A stretch of 64,000 nucleotides of DNA from a virus. Location of the stretch: IMG/VR virus record IMGVR_UViG_3300033064_003894, positions 75,838 through 139,837 of that record; one strand, 5' to 3'. Within the stretch, counting starts at the first letter, position 1. Every line of letters begins with the position of its first letter. Under the pieces are notes generated by a model, which was given only the letters and a program-made list of their open reading frames with translations, had not been told where the DNA came from and did not search any database. The translations under genes were made by a program, and so were the position numbers. This document shows, piece by piece, positions 9,901 to 19,582 of the stretch.

Positions 9901-10704
9901 ATGAAAAATGACCTAGGAATTGTTGTACCAGTAAGAGGACAAGAGGCTTACACAAGAAAGTTTTTAGCTAACTTGGACAGTGAGCTCTCAGACTTTATGT
10001 ATGATAAGAAAGTCAACGTTGTGCTTATGGACTCTGGCGGACACGAAGAATTTTCTGTTGGGAAGGATCATAGGCTATTGGAAGGGATAAGGGATATAGA
10101 AGGTATTACGTTTACATATCACAAGGTTGAGAACCCTGACGAGTCGTCTTACTATAAAATATGGAACGACGGGACAAAGTTGTCGGACGCAAAAAACGTT
10201 ATAATGTCAAACAATGATATACTCGTTGTCCCAAGAACTATATATGACTTAAACTATGGTCTAGACAATGGGTACGAGTTGGTGTCTCCCGCTCAGGTGG
10301 CTACGGAGAGAGAAATAGAGGACACCAAGATAAACCATTTCACTGAGGTATTAGTCGTAGACGGTAGGGTTAGCTTTGTGGGATGGCTATTTGGGTACAC
10401 AAGAGAATACTTCGATTCAGTCGGAGGGTTCAACGAGAAATATAAGTTATGGTTTGCCGATTCTGAATTCTTTATTCGGTCACATGGCAGGAAAGTTTGC
10501 GTTATAAGCAGCGCTGGAGTTTTCCACTTTTTCAGTAAAACGGTCTCCACGCTTGGACGGGATAAGCTGTGGAGTGTAGTCAAAGAGGATTTCGAAACTC
10601 AAAAGCTTGTATCAAAAGAGCTTGGCGTAGAAATAGATGGAAGGACTGATGAAGAGTATGCATCTATGTTTGAGAGATATTGGAGTCAAGTAGGGGCGTC
10701 TTAA
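9901..10704 (+). CDS. Glycosyltransferase family 2
   Basis: IVVPV, MDSG, WNDG, NNDI, VGGFNEKY.LWFADSE. Confidence 0.85.
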   Translation: MKNDLGIVVPVRGQEAYTRKFLANLDSELSDFMYDKKVNVVLMDSGGHEEFSVGKDHRLLEGIRDIEGITFTYHKVENPDESSYYKIWNDGTKLSDAKNVIMSNNDILVVPRTIYDLNYGLDNGYELVSPAQVATEREIEDTKINHFTEVLVVDGRVSFVGWLFGYTREYFDSVGGFNEKYKLWFADSEFFIRSHGRKVCVISSAGVFHFFSKTVSTLGRDKLWSVVKEDFETQKLVSKELGVEIDGRTDEEYASMFERYWSQVGAS

Positions 10705-10708
10705 CTTA

Positions 10709-13498
10709 ATGCAGGAGATAAAGATACCAACTAGTAAGCTTATAGAAAAGGCTTTCTATGTTGACATGGACCTTCCGTTCTCATTTAAGGAGCGTGAGTA
10801 TCTTCTTCCTATATACGACAATAATGATAAAATCATTGTTCTATATTTTGCAAGACAGTCGGAAAAAAGCGTTTTAGAGTTTTCTCGTGTAATAAACCAA
10901 TATGGCGAAAGAGTCCAAATAAAAGATTTGAATGTTGGAGATAAAGTCGCAACATTAAATACCGATGGCGTGACCATTGGCACAAGCCGTGTCATTTGGA
11001 AATCAAGAAGATACAAAAAAGACTGCTTAAGACTAAATACAAAACTAAATTATTCAATAGAGGTTGCAGGAACTCATCCAATTAGGCAGTGGAATCGTTG
11101 GACGGAAGCGAAAGCTTTAGCAGTTGGAGATAGAATTGCAACAGCACGTTTTATTGAGACGAATCATGAAGAAAATAATATACCAGATGATGTAATTAAA
11201 TTTATAGGATATATGATTGCTGATGGTAGTATTATAAAAGCGATAAGCTTTACGCAACGTATAGATTCTCTAGTATTGAAAGACTTTAGGGATATTTGCT
11301 CTAATATGGGATTTGTATATAGAGAACGTTACAGAAATAGTGATGTATTAATGCTTCACTTTGTGACTAAATCTCCGGCAGCAGAGTTATTGAGAAAATA
11401 TGGTATTTACGGAAAATCTTCTTTTAATCATGCACTCCCCGCCTGTTTAATGAGGTTAGATCTTAGACAAACGAAAATACTTATTGAATCATTGTGGTCG
11501 TGTGATGGATATGTTAAGAAGTGCGAAGGTGAAGAGACTGACTACAAAATTTCTTACTGTTCTGTATCTAAAGGGCTATTAGAACAAATGCAGGCATTGC
11601 TCTGGAAATTTAAGATAGCTTCAAGAATAAGAAAATTTAAGCCGACCTTATATAAAGGAACGGGAAAGTATGCATATAGTTTATATGTAAGAACTAGAGA
11701 GAGTCAAAATATTTTCCATGAAACATTTAAAATTATTGGTAAAGAGTCATGCTTTGTTTGTGCCCAATCAAGAGACAACAGAGATACATTTCCTATTGAA
11801 ATCAATGAGGATATATATGAATTAGAAAGGACTAGGGTGAAACCGAGAAGTCATAAGCCTCTATATAAAAACGGTCTAAGGAAGACCTTAGAATATCCCT
11901 TAAGCAAAGTTAAATTCCGCAAATACTTAAAGCATTTCAGGACAGCTGGAGGTTATGATCAAGCATTGGTGGATAAATTAGATATACACTCAGACACGGA
12001 CCTTTTTTGGGATAAGATTGAAAGCGTAGAAGATATAGGAGAACAGTGGTGTTACGACATTGAAGTAGAGGGAACGAATAATTTCTTGGTTGATGGGGTT
12101 GTCACTCATAATAGTACAACATTGGCAAATAAAATACTTTTAAATAGTATTACGAACAGGAGATTTAGATCTCTTTACGTCACCTCAGCGGATGCTCAGG
12201 CTAAAGAATTTTCAGTAGATAAGCTGCAACCTAAATTAAAGTATTCTCCGACAATAAATAGGCACTTTTGGGGCTCTCAGCCAGAAGCAGACAACGTGTT
12301 TTCTAAAGAGCTTAAGAATGGAAGCAGAATATTGATAAGGAGTATGTTTAAGAGTGCAGATAGGATAAGGGGAATTTCAGCAGACCTCCTGGCGGTCGAC
12401 GAATTGCAGGACATAAATCCTGATTTCCTCGCAGTAGCGGAAGAGTGTCTTTCTCACTCAAATTATAAGCTAAGAATGTATGCTGGGACGCCTGACACCG
12501 CTTTGGATGCATTAGATCAGGTCTGGTCATTTTCTGATAAAACAGAGTTCGTATTTAAATGTCCTAAAGGCCATTGGAACAGACAAGACCATGCAATGGT
12601 GGCAAGAATTACCAAGGCTGGAATTTTATGCAAAACATGTGGAGAGGTATTAGATAGGCGTACCGGTGAATGGGTGGTTATGAATAAACAAGGAAGATAT
12701 AAAGGATACAGAACTAGTCAAATGATGGTGCCGTGGATAACGGTTGATGAGCTTATAGATAAAAGAGAGCGTTACTCATCTAAGAGGTTTTTTAACGAAG
12801 TTGCAGCTCTTCCTTATGATGCGATAGGTGCTCCTATAAATGAAGGGCACTTAAGAAAATGTTGCGATGAAGGGTTTAAGATGATCAAAGACGGGGTCTA
12901 TCCAAAAATAGATAGAAATGTTCATGTATTTATGGGCTCCGATTGGGGCTCTGGGTCCGCCTCATACACAGTAATAAGTTTTTGGGCTCATATAGGTGGG
13001 AAGTGGACGCTGTTAAGGGCAAAGAAATATACAGGCGTCGAGTCTGATCCGGCTTTACAAATGAATTTAATACTATCTGAAATGGACAGAATTAATCCTA
13101 TAAGAGTAGGGTCTGACTGGGGGTTTGGATTCCTTAACAACGCTCAACTAAAACTTCATTATAAAAAGGGTGAGGTGTGTGAAATATTTAGCAGTTCTGG
13201 AGCTAGCCCGATAACTAGAGACAGCTTATCTGGAAGGTTTGTGATCAACAGGTCATATATGATGAGCAGAGTATTTAATATGATATTAGAGGAGAGGGTA
13301 AGGTTCCCGTGCTGGGAAGACTTTGCTCAGTTTGCTCCAGACATTCTTTCTATTAGAGCTGACGACCCGGATGAAAAGCCAGGACAGAGACAGATAAAAT
13401 ATGTACGTGTTGCGCCAGATGATTTTTTTCATTCAATGATGTACGCATTAATTATGGGTGAAATTCATACAGGAAAGCTCTTGATAGATGCCATTTGA
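10709..13498 (+). CDS. terL: Terminase large subunit with LAGLIDADG intein
   Basis: Walker A ARQSEK|STT split by an intein; IRGISAD..VDELQD Walker B; AGTP; Zn finger; GSDWG and PDDFFHS nuclease motifs. Confidence 0.9.
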   Translation: MQEIKIPTSKLIEKAFYVDMDLPFSFKEREYLLPIYDNNDKIIVLYFARQSEKSVLEFSRVINQYGERVQIKDLNVGDKVATLNTDGVTIGTSRVIWKSRRYKKDCLRLNTKLNYSIEVAGTHPIRQWNRWTEAKALAVGDRIATARFIETNHEENNIPDDVIKFIGYMIADGSIIKAISFTQRIDSLVLKDFRDICSNMGFVYRERYRNSDVLMLHFVTKSPAAELLRKYGIYGKSSFNHALPACLMRLDLRQTKILIESLWSCDGYVKKCEGEETDYKISYCSVSKGLLEQMQALLWKFKIASRIRKFKPTLYKGTGKYAYSLYVRTRESQNIFHETFKIIGKESCFVCAQSRDNRDTFPIEINEDIYELERTRVKPRSHKPLYKNGLRKTLEYPLSKVKFRKYLKHFRTAGGYDQALVDKLDIHSDTDLFWDKIESVEDIGEQWCYDIEVEGTNNFLVDGVVTHNSTTLANKILLNSITNRRFRSLYVTSADAQAKEFSVDKLQPKLKYSPTINRHFWGSQPEADNVFSKELKNGSRILIRSMFKSADRIRGISADLLAVDELQDINPDFLAVAEECLSHSNYKLRMYAGTPDTALDALDQVWSFSDKTEFVFKCPKGHWNRQDHAMVARITKAGILCKTCGEVLDRRTGEWVVMNKQGRYKGYRTSQMMVPWITVDELIDKRERYSSKRFFNEVAALPYDAIGAPINEGHLRKCCDEGFKMIKDGVYPKIDRNVHVFMGSDWGSGSASYTVISFWAHIGGKWTLLRAKKYTGVESDPALQMNLILSEMDRINPIRVGSDWGFGFLNNAQLKLHYKKGEVCEIFSSSGASPITRDSLSGRFVINRSYMMSRVFNMILEERVRFPCWEDFAQFAPDILSIRADDPDEKPGQRQIKYVRVAPDDFFHSMMYALIMGEIHTGKLLIDAI
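10868..12112 (+). mobile_element. Intein (Ser1...His-Asn, +1 Ser) with LAGLIDADG endonuclease
   Basis: SVLEFSRV start, HPI block B, GYMIADGS and LWSCDGY, YDIEVEGTNNFLVDGVVTHN|S. Confidence 0.9.
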
Positions 13499-14274
13499 AA
13501 ACTCATCGGTGATATGCCGCCAGCCTTTCCTCCGCTTCTCATCCATATTGGTAGCGCTAATTCCTTTTTATATATAGAGTTCAAAAACTTCTTTGCAATC
13601 ACCTGATACTTTTTATTATTTATAGAGTCGATAAGGTCCAGAATCGTTCCGTCAGAAAGCATGCTAGACATTGTTTTATCTATATTTACGCAGGATTTAG
13701 CCCTAAAGCTGTTATTTTCTATTATTACAGAAGATACGGCAAGCATCGAAACGTCATTCTCAACAGATGGAGTAATATGTCTATTTATTACAAAAGAGTA
13801 TCTAGTTCCAAGCCCAAAGTTTGCGCCATTAAAGTCTATGATTTTAAATTCAGACTTAGACTTCATTATGTTCCATGGAGACAGATCGTTGTGATATATA
13901 CCAAATCTATGCATTTGCTCTATGGGCTCTATGCAGAAATTAAACACATCAGAGGCCTTTTCATTTTCTATCTCTCTATATCTGTCCATTATTATTAGAG
14001 AGTGGGCACAAGGGAAAGAGGTTTTTATTAGATTTTTGTATATGTGTGGGAAACCTACTATGCCAGAGAGTCTTTTCAATATGTAGTGCTCATGCATTGA
14101 TTCATAAAACTCAGCTAAATGCTGGTCATCCTTTAAGTTGAAAAATAGAAGCTTAGCGCAGTGTTTTTTTGTTTTATTTATACTGTAAACTGCTTTTTCG
14201 AACCCATAAGAACCCATAATGTCTTCAAAAAAAAGGTTTTTATGGTCCAAAATCTTATAACTATTTTCAATCAT
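13465..14274 (-). CDS. Ser/Thr (Hanks-type) protein kinase
   Basis: GSYGF loop, AK, E helix, HNDLSPWN, IIDFNG. Confidence 0.8.
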   Translation of the reverse strand: MIENSYKILDHKNLFFEDIMGSYGFEKAVYSINKTKKHCAKLLFFNLKDDQHLAEFYESMHEHYILKRLSGIVGFPHIYKNLIKTSFPCAHSLIIMDRYREIENEKASDVFNFCIEPIEQMHRFGIYHNDLSPWNIMKSKSEFKIIDFNGANFGLGTRYSFVINRHITPSVENDVSMLAVSSVIIENNSFRAKSCVNIDKTMSSMLSDGTILDLIDSINNKKYQVIAKKFLNSIYKKELALPIWMRSGGKAGGISPMSFQMASIKSFPV

Positions 14275-14696
14275 TCTACAGTCAAGTTAGAGATATTTTC
14301 GCCTGCAATTTTTAGTATGTTTTCTGGGCACTCTGTCTTTCTGAGACCATAAAGACATTTTATCATTTTTGCTTTTTCTTGACTAGATATTCTCCCACCT
14401 CTTACACTGACAGAAGGAAGCCCTAAAAGTTTTCTCCTATGATTAACTGTTGACTGAATAACAGATTTATGTGCACTTGAATTGTTACCCACCGACCAAA
14501 ACAATATTATCTCGTCATCAGACACCTTGAGAGATCCAGTGCCATTCATTTGTTGATGAAGGCGTACTCTTTTTTGTGTAATATAAGCTGGCTTAATATA
14601 AGTACCTTTCTGTATAGCATAAGTCACTGCGAATGACCTTGTTGACTTATATCTATTTTGTATTTTCTTTAGAAGCCCTAGTATGGTTCTTGCCAT
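14271..14696 (-). CDS. Hypothetical basic protein
   Basis: ORF in the - strand operon with overlapping start/stop. Confidence 0.45.
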   Translation of the reverse strand: MARTILGLLKKIQNRYKSTRSFAVTYAIQKGTYIKPAYITQKRVRLHQQMNGTGSLKVSDDEIILFWSVGNNSSAHKSVIQSTVNHRRKLLGLPSVSVRGGRISSQEKAKMIKCLYGLRKTECPENILKIAGENISNLTVE

Positions 14697-15219
14697 TAGT
14701 TTCCACCCGTTTATTTTTTACTTTGTGAGGTTGCGTTCTTGTGTTCCAAAACACAGAACCGTCATTTTTCCCATATCCAGTGTCAGGCTCAGTCTCTTTA
14801 GTTTTTACAACTCTAAGACACTGGCTTATTAGTTTTCCATATTGTTTATTTTTAGATGTCTGCGGAAGATCCCACATTACTGAGGACATAAAAGACCGAA
14901 CAGCCTCTACTAGTCCATCAACGGGATCCATTCTTTGAATCTTATACCTTAAATTCCTGAAGTGTTTACACGACTTACATATGTTTCCTCTTCCAGATCT
15001 ATTTTTTGTCTGAATGCTCATCATGAACGGTGGGAAAAATTCTAAACAATCCGAACACTGTATCAACATAAGCTCTGATGCTATATCTATAGGTCCTCCA
15101 CCCTTCCCTATTTCTAAGATTACATCTTTTGCTACCTGAGTATCTTTTCCGCTCTTTGCATAGTAAATAATAGCAGTTATTATATTAGATAACTGTTCTT
15201 GAGTAAGTACATTTTTCAT
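14653..15219 (-). CDS. Hypothetical Zn-finger protein
   Basis: CSDC...CKSC. Confidence 0.45.
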   Translation of the reverse strand: MKNVLTQEQLSNIITAIIYYAKSGKDTQVAKDVILEIGKGGGPIDIASELMLIQCSDCLEFFPPFMMSIQTKNRSGRGNICKSCKHFRNLRYKIQRMDPVDGLVEAVRSFMSSVMWDLPQTSKNKQYGKLISQCLRVVKTKETEPDTGYGKNDGSVFWNTRTQPHKVKNKRVETNGKNHTRASKENTK

Positions 15220-15668
15220 TATACTCCAGTAGACCCAAGACCTCCGGCTCCCCTATCTGTGACATCTTCAAAGTATTCATTTCTTGTTACGTATTCAATA
15301 TCGGCAATAGTAACCTTCTGTATCGTTAGCTGAGCGACACGTTCACCTTGAGATAGGTTAATATCCATATTACCAACGTTAGCGAGAATAAGTTTAATCT
15401 CACCACGGTAGTCGCTGTCAATTTTCCCAGGAGAATTGGCAATAATAAGCCCTCTAGCAGATTGACCGCTCTTCATGCTAAGAAGTCCCTCATATCCTTT
15501 TGGAATGATAATTCTAATTCCAGTCTCTATAATCTGAACTCTTCTAGGAAGAAGAGTTACAGCATTTCTAGACGCAATGTCTATTCCAGAAGATCCGTCA
15601 GTGTGGTATTTGGGGTCAGGAAGAAATTGTTCTTCCTTTAGAATCTTAATTGTAACGTTTGCAGTCAT
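15219..15668 (-). CDS. dut: Trimeric dUTPase
   Basis: SSGIDI, KSG, GKIDSDYRGEI, RVAQL, RGAGGLGSTG. Confidence 0.95.
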   Translation of the reverse strand: MTANVTIKILKEEQFLPDPKYHTDGSSGIDIASRNAVTLLPRRVQIIETGIRIIIPKGYEGLLSMKSGQSARGLIIANSPGKIDSDYRGEIKLILANVGNMDINLSQGERVAQLTIQKVTIADIEYVTRNEYFEDVTDRGAGGLGSTGV

Positions 15669-15682
15669 TTTTTTAAGTTAAG

Positions 15683-15757
15683 TGGAGCCCCCTCCCAGAA
15701 TCGAACTGAGCTATCTAGTTTACAAAACTAGGGCATCGCCAACAATGCTTAAGGGGC
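15683..15757 (-). tRNA. tRNA-Thr(UGU)
   Basis: Cloverleaf, CTAGT-TTTGTAA-ACTAG, CCA end. Confidence 0.9.
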
Positions 15758-15758
15758 G

Positions 15759-15848
15759 TGGCGGAGGAGGAGGGAGTCGAACCCCCATTACGCTATGACA
15801 CGTTTAGCCGATTTCAAGTCGGTGTGCTACGCCAGTTGCCGCTCCTCC
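15759..15848 (-). tRNA. tRNA-Ser(UGA)
   Basis: CT-TGA-AA loop, long variable arm, GCCA end. Confidence 0.85.
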
Positions 15849-15854
15849 GAACCG

Positions 15855-16688
15855 TTATTGTATCAAAGTTCCAGACTTTACAACAAAACTTTCTTTTTCT
15901 AAAGATATCTTTTTATATGGATCAAATCTTCGTCCCTCTCCAATTGCGTGTATACCTACTGGGTTATTCGTAAGTAATGTAGTCAGGTGTGCAGTGTCAA
16001 CAACTTCATGACTGTGACCATATATGCAGACATCAAAATAATTTAACAGTTCTTCGTTTATGTCTGCACAGAAAAAAGAGTTGAATCTAGAGTCTGGACC
16101 AGTTTTATACATATCATGAGTGCATCTGTAAGATGGCAGGAAATGCGACAAAAGAACCTTATGTTTATAATTACAAACTTCGTGTTTTCTGAACTGATCA
16201 ATAGAGTTGCAGGCAATTTGGTGAAGCTCTCTAATTGAAGAAGCTCTAAATCTTGCATTCATGTATTTTATCTGTCTAAAATCCTGAATTCTAGAAACAA
16301 TATCATACTCTTGAACTGGGTCTTTAAGTCCAGACCATAAGGTGGTTCCAAAAACAACTATGTTTTTATCAATAGAGCACGAGCTATTATTTAAAATTTT
16401 AATCCTTCCTTTATGGTTGGAAGAATTGAATTTCTTAATAATATGGTTAGTAGGCTCTATTCCTCTTTTGTAGTATTCGTGGTTTCCTGGGACAAAGATA
16501 AGCTTCCTGTATTTGTATTTCTTCTGAATGCTCTCTATGTACGGTATGCTTACTTTTATATCATTTGAGACGTCTCCGACTACAGCTAAAATGTCGGCAG
16601 ATTTCTCGATAGAGAAGTCTCGCCGCTTTTTTCCTATAAACTCATTGTAGTCAACGTGAATATCAGAGATGTATTGGATGTCAGTCAT
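15855..16688 (-). CDS. Calcineurin-like metallophosphoesterase
   Basis: SDIH, GD, PGNHE, SH, GHSH; start moved to ATG 16688 because the longer ORF overlaps tRNA-Leu. Confidence 0.9.
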   Translation of the reverse strand: MTDIQYISDIHVDYNEFIGKKRRDFSIEKSADILAVVGDVSNDIKVSIPYIESIQKKYKYRKLIFVPGNHEYYKRGIEPTNHIIKKFNSSNHKGRIKILNNSSCSIDKNIVVFGTTLWSGLKDPVQEYDIVSRIQDFRQIKYMNARFRASSIRELHQIACNSIDQFRKHEVCNYKHKVLLSHFLPSYRCTHDMYKTGPDSRFNSFFCADINEELLNYFDVCIYGHSHEVVDTAHLTTLLTNNPVGIHAIGEGRRFDPYKKISLEKESFVVKSGTLIQ

Positions 16689-16694
16689 GATTGA

Positions 16695-16771
16695 TGGTAG
16701 TGGAGGACGGAGTCGAACCGACACTGTCAGGCTCCTAAAGCCTGTTTCTCTTCCATTTGGAATACTCCACC
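16695..16771 (-). tRNA. tRNA-Leu(UAG), short variable loop
   Basis: CAGGC-TTTAGGA-GCCTG, ACCA end. Confidence 0.85.
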
Positions 16772-16815
16772 ATTGCCAGTTGATTAATTATACCAAATTA
16801 TATACAATCGTTTAG

Positions 16816-17463
16816 ATGAAAGAGTCATTCATACAGATAGGGGCAGGAGCTGGAGATTTAGACCCGCGTGCAAATTATAGAGACGGGTTCACTGAAACTG
16901 TGAAAGGTATTCCACGAGACAAAATCGATAAAATAATTTTAGTTGAACCAAATCCAATAAATATTCCACTTCTGAAAGAGTGCTGGAAAGAGTATCCAGA
17001 GGCGGAAATTTATGAGATCGGGATAGTCCCAAAAGAATTTGGAGACAAAAACCTTATACTATATTATTGCCCAAGCGACGCCCCTCATTATCAGGTTGCG
17101 TCTATAAAAAAGGAGCATGTTAAAAAGCATTATGGAGAGAATTGTACACTAAAGGAATTCACTATAAAGACAAGGCACCTTGAAGAGTTCATTTCTGAAG
17201 CCGCCGGGTCCGCAAGTATTGGAATATTAGCTCTTGATATAGAAGGAATTGATGCTGAAGTTGTTCTAGAAATGAAATTTGGGTTCAATTTGAGATATCT
17301 ATCATTTGAGGACACACACCTTGGAAATGACAAAGAGCGCGTAATTAAGCACTTATGTGATAGTGGTTTCAGGTATTCTGGCACTGGCCTTGACCACAGA
17401 GGGTTAGATTCTTTATATGTTAATGAAAAGTGTGATAAGAAAAATTTGCTTATAATACGATAA
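16816..17463 (+). CDS. FkbM-family methyltransferase
   Basis: IQIGAG.G, VEPNP, LDIEGID, FE. Confidence 0.8.
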   Translation: MKESFIQIGAGAGDLDPRANYRDGFTETVKGIPRDKIDKIILVEPNPINIPLLKECWKEYPEAEIYEIGIVPKEFGDKNLILYYCPSDAPHYQVASIKKEHVKKHYGENCTLKEFTIKTRHLEEFISEAAGSASIGILALDIEGIDAEVVLEMKFGFNLRYLSFEDTHLGNDKERVIKHLCDSGFRYSGTGLDHRGLDSLYVNEKCDKKNLLIIR

Positions 17464-17502
17464 ATTTGTGGATTGTTAGTTATTAAATAGTAAACTGCTT
17501 CT

Positions 17503-18066
17503 ATGAGGTTCACAAACAACTGGTTTGACTGCAGCGCGAATAATTTTATTAAGTTCCTGTCGCCACATAAAGGTGAGCCTGGTATTAAATATTTAGAAAT
17601 AGGGTCTTATGAGGGCAGGAGCGCTCTAAGCATTGCTGATCATATACTTACTGGATTAGGTAGTGAGATTCATTGCGTAGACACATTTGAAGGTTCAATC
17701 GAGCACACAGAAAAACAAAAGGATTCTCTATATGATAGGTTTATGAATAACCTAAAAGGCTCAGGCATTAAAAACGTTACTGTTCACAAGATGACTAGTA
17801 GAGAGTACTGGATGAACAATAATGAGATGTTCGATTTTATATATATAGATGGAGACCACAATTCGTGTACAGTAATAGAGGACGCAATGTGTGCATGGCA
17901 GAGAATAAAGCCAGGAGGCGTAATAGCGTTTCATGATTACGAAGGAGGCGGCGAGCCAATATGCACACCAAAGCCAGCGATTGATTTCTTTTTGCTGTCA
18001 CATTATGGCAAGTATGATTTGCTGCTGAAGGGATACCAGGTTTGGGTAAGAAGGAAAATTCTATAG
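17503..18066 (+). CDS. Class I SAM-dependent methyltransferase (Methyltransf_24-like)
   Basis: LEIGSYEGRS, FDFIYIDGDH, KPGGVIAFHDY. Confidence 0.85.
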   Translation: MRFTNNWFDCSANNFIKFLSPHKGEPGIKYLEIGSYEGRSALSIADHILTGLGSEIHCVDTFEGSIEHTEKQKDSLYDRFMNNLKGSGIKNVTVHKMTSREYWMNNNEMFDFIYIDGDHNSCTVIEDAMCAWQRIKPGGVIAFHDYEGGGEPICTPKPAIDFFLLSHYGKYDLLLKGYQVWVRRKIL

Positions 18067-18477
18067 GTCTATAAAGACAACGTCTTTGCCTTGATTAAGG
18101 CTAATATTAAGAATCTTGTAAGCTCTATGTCGATTGCGTCTATTTATAAAGACAACAACAGAAAGGTTAAGTAAAATGGAAGAGAATGGCTCATAATGAG
18201 AAGGAGCTGTTGGTGGCCTTATCTTAAAAAGTGTGAAATGTTTGTTGCAGGAGTGTTTTACCACAAAAAATCTTAAACTGTAGGCATTTAATAGTTCTTT
18301 ATATGAACTGGCATAGACAAATATGTCGCACTGTGACATGAGGATTCTGTATGATAAAACCATATTATGGTTTCTTTCTGAACATGCTTCGCCAAGTCCT
18401 GTAATAAGACGAATTCCTTTATTACAGACGTTGAAATCATGGAGATATTTTAGTAGAGTGGCAGTCATTATTTTCAT
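18061..18477 (-). CDS. Hypothetical protein
   Basis: 138-aa ORF filling the gap in the - strand block. Confidence 0.4.
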   Translation of the reverse strand: MKIMTATLLKYLHDFNVCNKGIRLITGLGEACSERNHNMVLSYRILMSQCDIFVYASSYKELLNAYSLRFFVVKHSCNKHFTLFKIRPPTAPSHYEPFSSILLNLSVVVFINRRNRHRAYKILNISLNQGKDVVFIDL

Positions 18478-18507
18478 TCGAAGTTACGAAAAATAATAGA
18501 TATATTT

Positions 18508-19095
18508 TTATATAGGCAGACTATTTCTGTATACAGAGTCAGTCGTAAAGTGATCAATGTTTACGCAAAGTCTGTTTCTGCACGTAAGGTATATAAATCT
18601 GTATTTCTTTCTATTGTCCCACCAGTTAAACTTTTCAGCAACAGCATGACGAACAGGTCCGTTTCTTATTGCTTTAGCTGTGCAAGATGGAGACCCATGT
18701 GTAAGGCTTCCAGTCCAAATAAGACATTTGCCATCTTTCTTTGTATGTCTTTTCATCATATCTTCGAACGACATAACTTTTAAATGTCGTCCGTCTATCT
18801 TTTCTATCTCAAGAGCCTTCTTCTTTTGATAATAAGCCCTATCATTTCTCTTTTTAGCATAGGATTCTCTGCACTCAGGACAAAGCCTAAGATTTCTCCT
18901 ATTAAATGATGCGCTCGTATACTTCTTTTTGCACCCGATTGTTGTACAGTCATGATATGAAATAAGTTCAGAACCTTTTTCTTTGTTGTTTGTGCAAACA
19001 ATACACAAGTCATCTTCTACAATATATCTAGTTAGTCGGCATCCTTCGCAATATCCAATTTTAAGATCTGGCTTGACTTCAAGTTCTTCGGTCAT
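18508..19095 (-). CDS. Zn-finger / degenerate HNH (His-Me finger) protein
   Basis: CLIWTG...CRNRLCVNIDH; several CxxC. Confidence 0.55.
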   Translation of the reverse strand: MTEELEVKPDLKIGYCEGCRLTRYIVEDDLCIVCTNNKEKGSELISYHDCTTIGCKKKYTSASFNRRNLRLCPECRESYAKKRNDRAYYQKKKALEIEKIDGRHLKVMSFEDMMKRHTKKDGKCLIWTGSLTHGSPSCTAKAIRNGPVRHAVAEKFNWWDNRKKYRFIYLTCRNRLCVNIDHFTTDSVYRNSLPI

Positions 19096-19111
19096 GATTT
19101 CTTATTGTTGG

Positions 19112-19187
19112 TGGTATGTGGGCCGGGACTCGAACCCGGACTAAGAGATTCAAAATATCTGGTGCTGACCAATTACACTACTCACAT
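19112..19187 (-). tRNA. tRNA-Gln(UUG), stems contain mismatches
   Basis: TT-TTG-AA loop, CCGGG-TTCGAGT-CCCGG T arm, CCA. Confidence 0.75.
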
Positions 19188-19201
19188 TTAGTTTGGTAAG
19201 G

Positions 19202-19279
19202 TGGTAGGGGTGGTCGGATTCGAACCGACACTGTACGAATCTTAAGTTCGTTGCCTGCTGCCAATTGGGCTACACCCCC
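19202..19279 (-). tRNA. tRNA-Leu(UAA), short variable loop
   Basis: ACGAA-CTTAAGA-TTCGT, ACCA. Confidence 0.88.
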
Positions 19280-19285
19280 AGTAAA

Positions 19286-19582
19286 CTAAGCCCTCTTCTT
19301 TAAACCACTATATGTATCTTTATTTATATATCTAACCATCTCGTTCCAAAGGATAATTCTTAATGTTTGATCTCTCATAACGCCTCCAGTCTCAGAATTA
19401 GTCCAAGGAGTTTCATCAAATGGTTTAGCAGGTTTACGTATTAATGACCAGTAACGATTAGTATAAACTAAATTTTTCATTAATATCCTTTTATATGTTA
19501 CTTCTACTTCAATTTCGAGTAAAGATGACGTTTCCCCTACAGAAGCCTTAGTTACTTTAGTTACTTTATAAGACGTCTTCAT
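19286..19582 (-). CDS. Hypothetical protein
   Basis: ATGA overlap with nadV. Confidence 0.5.
   Translation of the reverse strand: MKTSYKVTKVTKASVGETSSLLEIEVEVTYKRILMKNLVYTNRYWSLIRKPAKPFDETPWTNSETGGVMRDQTLRIILWNEMVRYINKDTYSGLKKRA

Noticed and set aside
15759-15848. Selenocysteine/opal suppressor tRNA or stop-codon recoding
   Set aside because: On the coding strand the anticodon is UGA (Ser), and genes end normally at TAA, TAG and TGA
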